Positions 24,003 through 34,190 of a DNA stretch of 64,000 nt are shown in pieces. Where the stretch lies: positions 1,041-65,040 of the forward strand of contig JBFMCA010000010.1 in assembly GCA_040754955.1 (NCBI GenBank). The letters are read 5' to 3'. The notes below the pieces were generated by a model, which searched no databases, had not been told where the DNA came from, and saw only the letters and a program-made list of their open reading frames with translations. The position numbers were made by a program, and so were the translations under genes. The number at the start of each line of letters is the position of its first letter. The stretch's first letter is position 1. The stretch is from Acidobacteriota bacterium. Lineage in GTDB: Bacteria; Acidobacteriota; Vicinamibacteria; Vicinamibacterales; UBA2999.

Positions 24003-26693
24003 CTAGAACGACCAGCGGAGGCCGACGGTGCCCTGGCGCGCCGACGTGACCGCGGTGGCATTGCCGAACGCCACCGAGTTGCCGGAGATGCTGACGCTCG
24101 GGAACCGCGCGTTGCGCGTGATCACCGTGCCCGAGTTGAACACGTTCTCGAGGTCGGCGTAGATGCCGAACCGGTGCACGCCGACGTTGAAGACCTTCTC
24201 GAGCCGCAGGTCGAGGAGGGCCAGCTTGTCGTTGCGGTACGAGCCCTGCTCTTCGAGCTGGACGTCGATGGAGCTCGTCCAGTTGAAGCGGCTGGACGAA
24301 ACGCGATTGAACGGCGTGTAGGTCGTGCCGCTCAGGGCGCGGAAGTAGCCGTTGAGGGCAACCTCGATCTTCGGAATCTGGTAGCCGGCAAACAGCTTGA
24401 ACTCGTGCGGCCGGTCGAGCGGGACGCGGCCGTCACGGTTGATGAGCACCTGGTTGGGCGTTTCGAACTGGCTGGACGAGACGTCCGAGAAGGCGCCGCT
24501 CGCGACCGTGCCCGTCGTCTTCGAGTAGACGTACGACACCTGGGCCTGCCACCGGTTGGAGTAGCCCTTGTTGAGCACGAGCATCACGCCGTTGTAGTCG
24601 CGCGTCGCCTCGCCCGTGCCGGCGCCCGCGTAGTTCACGGTGTCGACATTCGTGATGAGGAACCGCTGCTCGATGGACGCCCGGTTCGCCCAGCGGTAGA
24701 TGGTCATCGCCTGGTTCGTCTTGGGGTTGGTGAACGCCACCGGCGACCACTGGCCGTTGATGAGCACCGAGTTGACGAAGTTCTTGCTCTCGCGCCGGAT
24801 GTAGGTGGCCGAGGCCTTCCAGCCGCGGGCGAGCTGCTGCTCGAACGCGACGTTGAACTCGTCGCTGCGCGGGTGATCGATATCGTCGTCCACGACGTAC
24901 TTGCTCGCGCCCGAGATGCGGTCGATCTCCACCAGCCGGTTGCCCGGGAACACCTCGTAGATCACGTAGTCGCCGATCCCCGGCACGGCCCGGCTCCACG
25001 AAGTGAAGACGGCGCCGCCGTAGAGCTGACCGTAGTAGGCGCGGAGCACCGAGTTGCCCCGGCCGGTGAGGTCGATGGCCAGTCCGAGGCGCGGGCTCAC
25101 CGAGTTCGTCGAGTAGTACTCGCGTCCGTCGGAGCCCTCGCCGCCGATGCCGTCGTAGCGCACGCCGAGGTTCGCGGTGAAGCGGCCCCCGATGGTCCAC
25201 TGGTCCTGCGCGTAGACGGTCTGCCGCTTGTTCCGCCCCTCGACGTCGTAGCTGTAGGAGTAGGCGAGGTACGGCTGGCCGCCCACGTCGTAGAAGAACA
25301 GGCCGTCGGTGTAGGCGAACCGGTTGCGGATCTTGCTGCGCTCGATCTCGACGCCGAACTTGAAGTTGTGCGTGCCGCCCGCCTGCACGTAGCGGTTGAG
25401 CGACGCGTTCAGCTGGTTGCGCAGCCGGTCGTACTTCGCGCTGTAGCCCGCGCCGCCCGAGTACGAACCGTCGTCGTTCAGGCGCGCCGGCAGCGGCGTG
25501 ATCGGGTCGAGGTCGAAGTAGCCCCAGTACCCGGTGTACTTCGCCTCGAAGAACGAGCTGCTGCCCAGGATCTTCCGGTACTGGCCGTTCCAGATGAACT
25601 CCGGCGAGTCCTGCTCGACGGTGCGGGCGTCGGTCGTGTTGGCCACGCCGCCCAGGCCGGTGCGTCCCGTCTGGTTGTACTGGTCGTACTGGAAGGTGCC
25701 CGTCAGGCTGTCGTTGGAGGTCGGCTGGAAGGTGAGCTTGGTGTTGAAGCGCGGGCTCACCTCGGTTCGGATGGTCCGCGGACCATCGGGATCCTGCTTG
25801 ATGGCGTACCGCTGAACGCTGCCGAAGAAGAACATCTTGTCACGGCGGATCGGACCCCCGAGCTGCACGGTGTAGTCCTTCAGCGAGTCCACCTTCGACG
25901 AGCTCAACGTCGGGTTCTGGGATTTCACCGACGAGGAGATGTTGTTGCCGCTCAGGCTCTTGTTGCTGTAGCGGTGCTCGAACAGGCTCGAGTAGCGGTT
26001 GCTGCCCGACTTGGTGATCGTGTTGATCACCGCCCCGGTGAAGCCGCCGTACTCGGCCGACTGGCCGAGGCCGCCCACCTGCACTTCTTCGATGATGTTG
26101 TAGTTGAAGAACGTCCACGCCGTGCCGCCCTCGGGGTCGCGCGTGTCGACGCCGTCGAGCAGCAGCGCGTTGGCCGAGTTCGCCGACCCGCCGAAGGCCG
26201 ACCCGCTGTTGACGCCCGGCGAGTAGTTGAGCATGTTCACCGCGGCGTTGGTGCGCGAGATCGGCATGGCGAACAGCAGATCCTGCGAGATCTTGTTGTC
26301 CGTCGCCGTCGTCGTCGTGTCCACCGCGATGGCCTCGGCCACGACCTGCACCGTCTCCTGCAGCGCGCCGACTTCGAGCGTCAGGCGGAGCTGCACGGTC
26401 GCGCCGATCGACACCGCCACGTTCGCCCGCTCGTAGGGGCGGAAGCCCTGCAGCTCCGCGCGAACGGTGTAGGTGCCCGGCTGCAGGCCCACGAAGCGGA
26501 AGACGCCCGTACCGTCGGTGAACTGCGTGCTCGATCCCGTCCGGCCCGTCAGGACGACGCTCACGCCAGGCAGCACCTGGCCCTGCGCGTCGACGACCGT
26601 GCCGGTGATGGTGCCCGTCTGGGTCTGTGCGGACGCCAACGTCCCGACGGACAGCAGGAGCGCAGCGAGGGTGATAGTCAGTCGTCTCACCAT
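24003..26693 (-). CDS. TonB-dependent receptor-like outer-membrane beta-barrel with CarboxypepD_reg-like N-terminus (receptor C)
   Basis: ATG at 26691-26693, with GAGGA 9 nt upstream (the listed GTG 26702 abuts the SD). Signal MVRRLTITLAALLLSVGTLASA, then QTQTGTITGTVVDAQGQVLPGVSV, and a C-terminal ...VGLRWSF. Confidence 0.85.
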   Translation of the reverse strand: MVRRLTITLAALLLSVGTLASAQTQTGTITGTVVDAQGQVLPGVSVVLTGRTGSSTQFTDGTGVFRFVGLQPGTYTVRAELQGFRPYERANVAVSIGATVQLRLTLEVGALQETVQVVAEAIAVDTTTTATDNKISQDLLFAMPISRTNAAVNMLNYSPGVNSGSAFGGSANSANALLLDGVDTRDPEGGTAWTFFNYNIIEEVQVGGLGQSAEYGGFTGAVINTITKSGSNRYSSLFEHRYSNKSLSGNNISSSVKSQNPTLSSSKVDSLKDYTVQLGGPIRRDKMFFFGSVQRYAIKQDPDGPRTIRTEVSPRFNTKLTFQPTSNDSLTGTFQYDQYNQTGRTGLGGVANTTDARTVEQDSPEFIWNGQYRKILGSSSFFEAKYTGYWGYFDLDPITPLPARLNDDGSYSGGAGYSAKYDRLRNQLNASLNRYVQAGGTHNFKFGVEIERSKIRNRFAYTDGLFFYDVGGQPYLAYSYSYDVEGRNKRQTVYAQDQWTIGGRFTANLGVRYDGIGGEGSDGREYYSTNSVSPRLGLAIDLTGRGNSVLRAYYGQLYGGAVFTSWSRAVPGIGDYVIYEVFPGNRLVEIDRISGASKYVVDDDIDHPRSDEFNVAFEQQLARGWKASATYIRRESKNFVNSVLINGQWSPVAFTNPKTNQAMTIYRWANRASIEQRFLITNVDTVNYAGAGTGEATRDYNGVMLVLNKGYSNRWQAQVSYVYSKTTGTVASGAFSDVSSSQFETPNQVLINRDGRVPLDRPHEFKLFAGYQIPKIEVALNGYFRALSGTTYTPFNRVSSSRFNWTSSIDVQLEEQGSYRNDKLALLDLRLEKVFNVGVHRFGIYADLENVFNSGTVITRNARFPSVSISGNSVAFGNATAVTSARQGTVGLRWSF

Positions 26694-26705
26694 GGGGCGC
26701 ACTCC

Positions 26706-27029
26706 TCAGCGACCCGACGACCGGATGCGGTCGTTCGAGGCCGAATACAACGCATAGCCGACGCCCACGCCGAAGGCGACGAGGACGGCGACGCCGGCTG
26801 GCGTCTTGAAGAACGAACCCGACTGCAGATCGGGTTCGCTCGCCTGCAGGGTCGAGCGGCTGGTCGTCAACGACGTGGCATGGCGTTCGGCCACCACCTT
26901 GACCGCGTCGCGCATCGACGAGGTCTTGGGGGCGGGCTCGGCCGCCAGCCCTGCGGGAAGAAGCAACGTGCCTACGAGAAACACGCACCCGGTGGCCACC
27001 AGGCGCGCGAAAGGAGAGTGTCTCTGCAT
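26706..27029 (-). CDS. small hypothetical protein with signal peptide and C-terminal TM helix (107 aa)
   Basis: ATG at 27027-27029 with GGAGG upstream. Sequence MQRHSPFARLVATGCVFLVGTLLLPAGLAAEP...GVAVLVAFGVGVGYALY. It ends 12 nt before receptor C. Confidence 0.5.
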   Translation of the reverse strand: MQRHSPFARLVATGCVFLVGTLLLPAGLAAEPAPKTSSMRDAVKVVAERHATSLTTSRSTLQASEPDLQSGSFFKTPAGVAVLVAFGVGVGYALYSASNDRIRSSGR

Positions 27030-27202
27030 CGCGTGCGGAACCTCCAGGCCGATCCAAGGACACCATGGACGGCCGGTCACAGCCTACCGGACTCGACCGC
27101 TGGATGCAATAAAATGGCACGGAGTTGGGGCCTTTCGGCCCAGAAAGGCTGCAGCCCGCCCCCGGGAGGGCTGGCGCTGGTCCCGCCCGGGTCGGGTCAC
27201 AC

Positions 27203-29590
27203 ATGTCGTCACTCCTGCGCCGCGTCGCGCGTGTCCTGCCGGTTGTGCTCGCCGTCGTCGTCCTGGCCGCCCTGGCCTGGGCGACGCGGTCGGTCTGGTG
27301 GGCACCCACGCACCGGGCCGAAGGCGGGGTGGAGCTGGGTCGTTTACGCTCCACCATCGGGCGGGACGACCTCAATCTCGTGGTGGTGACCCTGGATACG
27401 ACCCGGCTCGACCGCATCGCCGCGTACGGACGGCCGGAGGCGTCGGAGACGCCGGTCTTCGACCGGCTGGCGCGCGAGGGCGTGCTGTTCGACGAGACGA
27501 TGACGACCGCGCCGCTCACGCTGCCGGCGCACGCATCGATGTTCACGGGCCGGTTCCCGCCGCAGCACGGCGTGCGCGACAACGGGGGCTTCTTCCTGGG
27601 ACCGGACGCCGACACGCTGGCCGAGCGGCTGCAGGCGCGCGGCTACCGCACCGGCGCGTTCGTCGGCGCCTACGTGCTCGATTCGAAGTGGGGTCTCGAC
27701 CAGGGGTTCGAGCGCTACGCGGACGACTTCGATCTGTCGCAGGTGCGCGGGCTCTCGCTCGGCAGTGTCCAGCGGCGGGCCGATGAGGTGGTCGACCTCG
27801 CGCTCCCGTGGCTCGAGACGGTCGCGGACGAGCGCTTCTTCGCGTTCCTGCATTTCTACGACGCCCACGCGCCGTACGATCCGCCTGAACCCTTCGCGTC
27901 GCGCTTCCGCGGCAACCCGTACAACGGCGAAGTGGCCTTCGCCGACGCCCAGCTGGGGCGCGTTGTCGAGTTCCTCGAGCGGCGCGGGCTGCTCGATCGC
28001 ACGATCATCGCCGTGCTCGCGGATCACGGCGAGAGCCTCGGCGAGCACGACGAAGGCACGCACGGCTTTTTCATCTACGAGACGGCGACCCACGTGCCGT
28101 TTCTCATCCGGGCGCCCTTCGAGCGGACGTCGGGCCGGCGCGTCTCGAGCCTCGTGCGGGTGGTCGATCTCATGCCGACGCTGCTCGACCTGCTCGGCGC
28201 GGCCGATCCCGGCCGCGGCCAGGCGGGGAGGAGCCTCGTCCCGCTGATGACCGGCGATGCGCAGGACCTGGCCCTCGACGGCTACGCCGAGGCGATGTAC
28301 CCGCTGCACCACTACGGCTGGAGCGAGCTGAAGGCACTCCGCGCGGGCCGCTTCAAGCTCATCGAGGCGCCGCGGCCGGAGCTGTTCGATCTGGAGGTCG
28401 ATCCGCGGGAGACGACCAACCTGTTTGCCGAGCGGCGGGCCCTCGGCGAGCGGCTGCAGGCGGCGCTCCGGGGGATGGAGGCGGGATTCGCCGCGGACGG
28501 CGCGCCCCCGTCCGCGGCGGCGGACGTCGATCCGGAGGTGCGGGAGCGGCTGGCGGCGCTCGGCTACGTGGGCAGCTTCGTCGCCACCGCCGGGTCGTCG
28601 GACGCCGCGCGCGCGGATCCGAAGGACAAGATCGATCTGTTCAACCTGATGTCCGAGGCGCGGGACCTGACCAAGGGCGACGCGCCCTTCGACGCCGTGG
28701 CGGCGCTCTATCGACAGGTCCTGGCGGCCGATCCGCAGGTGATCGACGCGTGGTTCAGCCTGGGCAACGTGTACTACCGCGAGGGCCGCTACGACGAGGC
28801 CATCCGCCACTTCCGCACGGCGCTGGAGCTCAAGCCCGACTACGACCTCGCGCTCATCAACATGGCCAATGCGTACCGCGCGCTCGGTCGCGACGACGAT
28901 GCGCTGGCCGGCTACGAGCACTACCTGCGCGTGGACCCGAAGAATGCGTGGGTGCAGTATCAGGCCGGCGAGATTCACCTCGATCGCGGCGCCGACGATC
29001 GGGCGGCGGCGTACTTCGAGCAGGCGCTCGCCATCGATCCCACGGTGGCGCCGGCGCGAGTCGCGCTGGGCGTGGTGGCGTACAGACGCGGAGACCTGGC
29101 CGCCGCCGAGCGCGAGATTCGCGCGGCGCTGGCCACCAAGCCCGATGTCCGGCTGGCGCACTTCAACCTGGGGCTGGTGGCGGAAGCCCGCGGCGACGTC
29201 GCGGGCGCCCTGGCCTCGTACCAGTCCGAGATCGCGCTGCACGACGACGCCTACCGCGCCCTGTTCAACGCGGCGCGCCTCCTGCAGGAGCAGGGTCGCA
29301 CGGCGGAGGCGGTGCCGCTCTTCGAACGGGCGATCGCCGTGCACGACCGCTTCGCCGAGGGCCACTTCTACCTGGCGCAGGCGCGGCTCGGGCGCGGCGA
29401 CCTGGTCGGGGCAGCCACGGCGGCGCAGGCCGGCCTCGCGATCGACGGGACGTCGTCGACCGCGCCGCTCGGCTACTTCGTGCTGGCGGAGGTAGCGCTG
29501 CGGCAGGGACGGCTCGACGACGCGTCACGATACCTGGAGCAGGGCGAGACGCTCGAGCGCCGCCACGCCCGACAAAAGCCGTCGCGCTGA
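27203..29590 (+). CDS. sulfatase-like (alkaline-phosphatase superfamily) hydrolase fused to C-terminal TPR repeats
   Basis: ATG at 27203 (MSSLLRRVARVLPVVLAVVVLAAL membrane anchor). Sulfatase-fold motifs VVVTLDTTRLDR and LADHGESLGEH are present. The last ~330 aa are TPR. Confidence 0.75.
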   Translation: MSSLLRRVARVLPVVLAVVVLAALAWATRSVWWAPTHRAEGGVELGRLRSTIGRDDLNLVVVTLDTTRLDRIAAYGRPEASETPVFDRLAREGVLFDETMTTAPLTLPAHASMFTGRFPPQHGVRDNGGFFLGPDADTLAERLQARGYRTGAFVGAYVLDSKWGLDQGFERYADDFDLSQVRGLSLGSVQRRADEVVDLALPWLETVADERFFAFLHFYDAHAPYDPPEPFASRFRGNPYNGEVAFADAQLGRVVEFLERRGLLDRTIIAVLADHGESLGEHDEGTHGFFIYETATHVPFLIRAPFERTSGRRVSSLVRVVDLMPTLLDLLGAADPGRGQAGRSLVPLMTGDAQDLALDGYAEAMYPLHHYGWSELKALRAGRFKLIEAPRPELFDLEVDPRETTNLFAERRALGERLQAALRGMEAGFAADGAPPSAAADVDPEVRERLAALGYVGSFVATAGSSDAARADPKDKIDLFNLMSEARDLTKGDAPFDAVAALYRQVLAADPQVIDAWFSLGNVYYREGRYDEAIRHFRTALELKPDYDLALINMANAYRALGRDDDALAGYEHYLRVDPKNAWVQYQAGEIHLDRGADDRAAAYFEQALAIDPTVAPARVALGVVAYRRGDLAAAEREIRAALATKPDVRLAHFNLGLVAEARGDVAGALASYQSEIALHDDAYRALFNAARLLQEQGRTAEAVPLFERAIAVHDRFAEGHFYLAQARLGRGDLVGAATAAQAGLAIDGTSSTAPLGYFVLAEVALRQGRLDDASRYLEQGETLERRHARQKPSR

Positions 29591-29616
29591 CGCCCCTTCG
29601 CGATAGGCTCGATCCC

Positions 29617-31149
29617 ATGTCCACCCGCCGCACATCCGCCGCCGCGCCGCGGTCGACGTCCGCGCGCCGGCCGTCGCGGCCGTCCGCGGCCCGGACGCTC
29701 CGCATCCTGGTGGTCGCGTCGGAGATGCAGCCGTTCTCGAAGACGGGCGGACTGGCCGACGTCGTCGGGGCGCTGCCGCGCGCCCTCGGCCGCCTCGGGC
29801 ACGAGGTGACCGTGGTCACGCCTCGGTATCGCGGCGTCGACGCCGGCCCCCGGACGGCGGCGCTGCCGCTGCACGTGGCGGGCTACGACCTGGACGTCGG
29901 CCTGCACGACGCCCACGTGCCCGGCGCGCGCGTGATCTTCGTCGACTGCCCGCCTCTCTACGATCGGCCCGGCCTCTACAACGAGAACAACGTCGACTAC
30001 GACGACAACGCGCTGCGCTTCGCCGTGCTGTCGATCGCCGCCGTGGAGTGGGCGGCGTCGGCGCCTGCGGCCCCGTCGGTCGTCCATGCGCACGACTGGC
30101 AGGCCGGTCTCACGCCGGTGTACCTGCGTCGCTTCGCGGCCCTCCACCACGTGCCATGCGTGTTCACCGTGCACAACCTCGCGTACCAGGGCGTATTCGA
30201 CAAGGCGTGGGTGCCGCGCCTCGGGCTGAGCTGGGATCAGTTTCGCGCCGAGGACGGGTTCGAGTTCTACGATCGGCTCAGCTTTCTCAAGGCCGGCGTG
30301 ATGCTGAGCGATCTGGTCACGACCGTGAGCCCCACCTACGCCCAGGAGATTCAGCGGCCCGAGTACGGCTACGGCTTCGACGGCATCATGCGGGCGCGCC
30401 GCCACCGGCTGGTCGGCATCCTCAATGGCATCGATCACGACGAGTGGAACCCGTCCGCGGACCCGTATCTGCCGGAGGCCTATGGGCCCCAGGATCTGGG
30501 GGGCAAGCGGAAGGCGAAGCGCGCCCTGCTCGAGGCGTTCACGCTGCCGGCCGACGAGGCCGCGCTCGCCCGGCCGGTCGTCGGCATGGTCGGCCGGATG
30601 GTCCACCAGAAGGGCCTCGACCTCATCGCGGCGGTCGTCGACGAGCTGGCGGATCGCGCCACGCTGACCGTCATCGGCACCGGCGATGCCGAATTCGAGG
30701 CCATGTGGCGCCGCATCGCGGCCGCGCGCCCCGACCGGGTGGGCGCGCACATCGGGTTCGACGAGCGCCGCGCCCACCTCGTGGAGGCCGGCGCGGACAT
30801 CTTCCTGATGCCGTCGCGCTACGAGCCGTGCGGCCTCAACCAGATGTACAGCATGCGCTACGGCACGGTGCCGGTGGTCCGCGCCGTCGGCGGGCTCGTC
30901 GACACCGTGCGCCCGTACAACCCGCGGAACGGGCAGGGTACGGGGTTCCTGTTCTCCGACTACCACCCGGCCGCGCTCCTCGAGGCGCTCGACCGCGCAC
31001 TCGCCGCGTACAGGCAGCCGAAGGTGTGGACACGGCTGCAGCTGAACGGCATGCGGAAGGACTTCTCCTGGGATCACGCGGCCGCGGAGTACGTCACGGT
31101 GTATAAAAGAGTGATGAGCTCGCGGCGAAGGACGGCGCGGGCCGGGTGA
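29617..31149 (+). CDS. glgA: glycogen synthase (ADP-glucose type, GT5)
   Basis: ATG at 29617. Motifs ILVVASEMQPFSKTGGLADVVGALPRAL, HAHDWQAG and PSRYEPCGLNQMYSMRYGTVPVV are present. The listed 799-aa ORF is out-of-frame overlap with the upstream gene. Confidence 0.9.
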   Translation: MSTRRTSAAAPRSTSARRPSRPSAARTLRILVVASEMQPFSKTGGLADVVGALPRALGRLGHEVTVVTPRYRGVDAGPRTAALPLHVAGYDLDVGLHDAHVPGARVIFVDCPPLYDRPGLYNENNVDYDDNALRFAVLSIAAVEWAASAPAAPSVVHAHDWQAGLTPVYLRRFAALHHVPCVFTVHNLAYQGVFDKAWVPRLGLSWDQFRAEDGFEFYDRLSFLKAGVMLSDLVTTVSPTYAQEIQRPEYGYGFDGIMRARRHRLVGILNGIDHDEWNPSADPYLPEAYGPQDLGGKRKAKRALLEAFTLPADEAALARPVVGMVGRMVHQKGLDLIAAVVDELADRATLTVIGTGDAEFEAMWRRIAAARPDRVGAHIGFDERRAHLVEAGADIFLMPSRYEPCGLNQMYSMRYGTVPVVRAVGGLVDTVRPYNPRNGQGTGFLFSDYHPAALLEALDRALAAYRQPKVWTRLQLNGMRKDFSWDHAAAEYVTVYKRVMSSRRRTARAG

Positions 31150-31191
31150 CACCTTTTCCGCACGTCCGGCATCCAAGGGTACGAGGGAATC

Positions 31192-31518
31192 ATGGCTTCT
31201 GAGAAGGTGCAGACTCTGACCGACGCGACGTTTGGCGACGCCGTGAAGAAAGGCGTCGTACTGGTGGATTTCTGGGCGGAGTGGTGTGCGCCCTGCCGGC
31301 GGCTCGCCCCCACCGTGGATCAGCTGGCCGACGAGTACAACGGCCGGATCACGGTCGCGAAGGTCAACATCGACGAGAACCCGGCGACGCCGAGCCAGTT
31401 CATGGTGCGCGGCATCCCGACGCTGCTGCTGTTCAAGGACGGCGAGCTCAAGGAGCAGGTCGTCGGCCTCGCCCAGAAGGACGATCTCTCGCGCCTCATC
31501 GACAAGCATCTCTCCTAG
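31192..31518 (+). CDS. trxA: thioredoxin
   Basis: 108 aa. The active site is WAEWCAPCR, a WCAPC variant of WCGPC. GAGGGA SD. Confidence 0.9.
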   Translation: MASEKVQTLTDATFGDAVKKGVVLVDFWAEWCAPCRRLAPTVDQLADEYNGRITVAKVNIDENPATPSQFMVRGIPTLLLFKDGELKEQVVGLAQKDDLSRLIDKHLS

Positions 31519-31531
31519 ACCGGACCTCCGC

Positions 31532-32497
31532 ATGTCCGACACACGACATCACCAGGTCATCATCATCGGCTCGGGGCCGGCAGGCCTGACGGCGGCGCTC
31601 TACACGGCGCGCGCCAACCTCAGCCCGCTCGTCATCGAAGGGCTCGAGGCGGGCGGCCAGCTCATGCTCACGACGATGGTGGAAAACTGGCCGGGCTACC
31701 GCGATGGCATCATGGGGCCGGACCTGATGGCCGAGATGCGCGCACAGGCCGAGCGGTTTGGCGCGCGCCTCGTCCAGGGCGACGTGACGAAGGTGGAACT
31801 CGGCGCGCGGCCGTTCACCGTGACGATGGGCAAGGAGGCCCACACGGCGGACGCGCTCATCATCGCGACGGGCGCGTCGGCGCGGTGGCTGGATCTCGGC
31901 GTCGACAAGAAGCTGTCGGGGCGCGGCGTGTCGACGTGCGCGACGTGCGACGGCTATTTCTTCAAGGGCCGGCCAGTGGCCGTCATCGGCGGCGGCGACA
32001 CGGCCATGGAGGAGGCGATCTACCTCTCCAAGCTCGCCTCGCACGTCACGGTCATCCACCGCCGCGACACGCTGCGCGCGTCGAAGGTGATGCAGCAGAA
32101 GGCCATGTCGCTGCCGAACGTGTCGTTCGTCTGGAACACGGAGGTCGTCGACATCAAGGATGTCGACCAGGGCGTCGTGACGAGCCTGGTGCTCCGCAAC
32201 ACGCACACCGACGAGCGGTCGGAACTGGCCGTGGACGGCCTCTTCATCGCCATCGGGCACGTGCCGAATACGAGCCTGTTCGCAGGGCAGCTGGCGCTCG
32301 ACGCCAACGGCTACATCCGCACGACCAACGGTACGCGCACCGGCATCCCGGGCGTGTTTGCCGCCGGCGACGTCCAGGACCACGTGTACCGGCAGGCGGT
32401 GACGGCCGCCGGATCCGGCTGCATGGCCGCCATCGACGCCGAGCGGTTCCTGGCCGGCGTCTCGCACGAACCGCACAGCGAGGAAGTGGCTGGCTAG
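31532..32497 (+). CDS. trxB: thioredoxin-disulfide reductase
   Basis: ATG at 31532. Motifs IIIGSGPAGLTAALY, redox CATCDG, GGGDTAMEEA and AAGDV are present. 321 aa. Confidence 0.9.
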   Translation: MSDTRHHQVIIIGSGPAGLTAALYTARANLSPLVIEGLEAGGQLMLTTMVENWPGYRDGIMGPDLMAEMRAQAERFGARLVQGDVTKVELGARPFTVTMGKEAHTADALIIATGASARWLDLGVDKKLSGRGVSTCATCDGYFFKGRPVAVIGGGDTAMEEAIYLSKLASHVTVIHRRDTLRASKVMQQKAMSLPNVSFVWNTEVVDIKDVDQGVVTSLVLRNTHTDERSELAVDGLFIAIGHVPNTSLFAGQLALDANGYIRTTNGTRTGIPGVFAAGDVQDHVYRQAVTAAGSGCMAAIDAERFLAGVSHEPHSEEVAG

Positions 32498-32524
32498 TCC
32501 GGGCCGGCCACGCCCGCGTCCTCG

Positions 32525-32685
32525 CAGCCCGTGGTGGAACGGCCGACGGCATTCGACCGCCGAGGCATCCCCGCTGGCGGCGTGGCGCCTTCCTCACCTG
32601 TCACCGGAGACGTCTCGGTCGTCGCGCCTGGCCATCGGGGCGCCTCGCCGGCCTCGGGGCTCGCCGGGCGTTCCACCACGGGCTG
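32525..32685. repeat. 161-bp element bounded by perfect 17-bp inverted repeats (CAGCCCGTGGTGGAACG / CGTTCCACCACGGGCTG)
   Basis: Arms at 32525-32541 and 32669-32685, verified base by base. The interior has further pairing (CCGAGGC/GCCTCGG) and a central 10-bp palindrome GAGACGTCTC (32607-32616). It lies between convergent genes. Confidence 0.8.
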
Positions 32686-32952
32686 TTAGGCGGTCTGGCC
32701 GGTCTCGGCCAGCCACGCCAGGCGCGGGGGACAGCGCTCGCCGCGCTCCATGTCGCACATGCAGCTCACCACGGGGCGCGCCTGGCCGCACGCCTCGCAG
32801 ATCTGCTGCGTGTCGCACCGCACGTAGTCGCGGTAGACGACCCGCGCCCACATGTTGGTCTCCTGACTCGTCAGAATCTCGGAGTTGGTCACGCGCCGAC
32901 GCCAGGGGTGATGTTCCCACTGGAAGCGCAGGAAGCGGCTCGTGCAGCTCAT
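32686..32952 (-). CDS. Cys-rich small hypothetical protein (88 aa)
   Basis: High GC3 and 7 Cys (…RCDTQQICEACGQARPVVSCMCDMERGERCPP…). I do not recognise the family. Confidence 0.45.
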   Translation of the reverse strand: MSCTSRFLRFQWEHHPWRRRVTNSEILTSQETNMWARVVYRDYVRCDTQQICEACGQARPVVSCMCDMERGERCPPRLAWLAETGQTA

Positions 32953-33109
32953 GGCGTCACCTCACCGGGCCGGGGCCGCCGACAGCGACGGCGGAGAACC
33001 GACCGGAATCCAGTACGGATGCAAGAGTGCTTCCACGGACACGGGGCGGAACGCGGCGGGCTGCGCGGGTGCGCGGGCGGGTGCGACGAGATCTCGTCAG
33101 GCCCTTCCC

Positions 33110-34183
<1,074 letters not shown>

Positions 34184-34190
34184 CGGCCGG

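Noticed and set aside
27121-27143. GGGCC-TTTC-GGCCC hairpin upstream of the sulfatase-like gene as a member of the same family as the ugd-leader hairpin
   Set aside because: The stem is only 5 bp and the similarity to 51067-51083 is limited to a GC-rich stem with a U-rich loop. That is too weak to claim a repeat family.
28750-31149. 799-aa ORF suggesting a large fusion upstream of glgA; likewise 43183..45615 (810 aa), 41806..43176, 52620..55187, 53351..56074 and 56948..58720
   Set aside because: The N-terminal portions are out-of-frame overlaps of the preceding genes. Recognisable homology begins only at internal starts (29617, 44118, 42607, 53421, 55184, 57974), each with stop/start coupling.
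32494-32679. 61-aa minus-strand ORF inside the inverted-repeat element
   Set aside because: It has no SD and a low-complexity composition, and it lies entirely within a sequence better explained by extensive self-complementarity.
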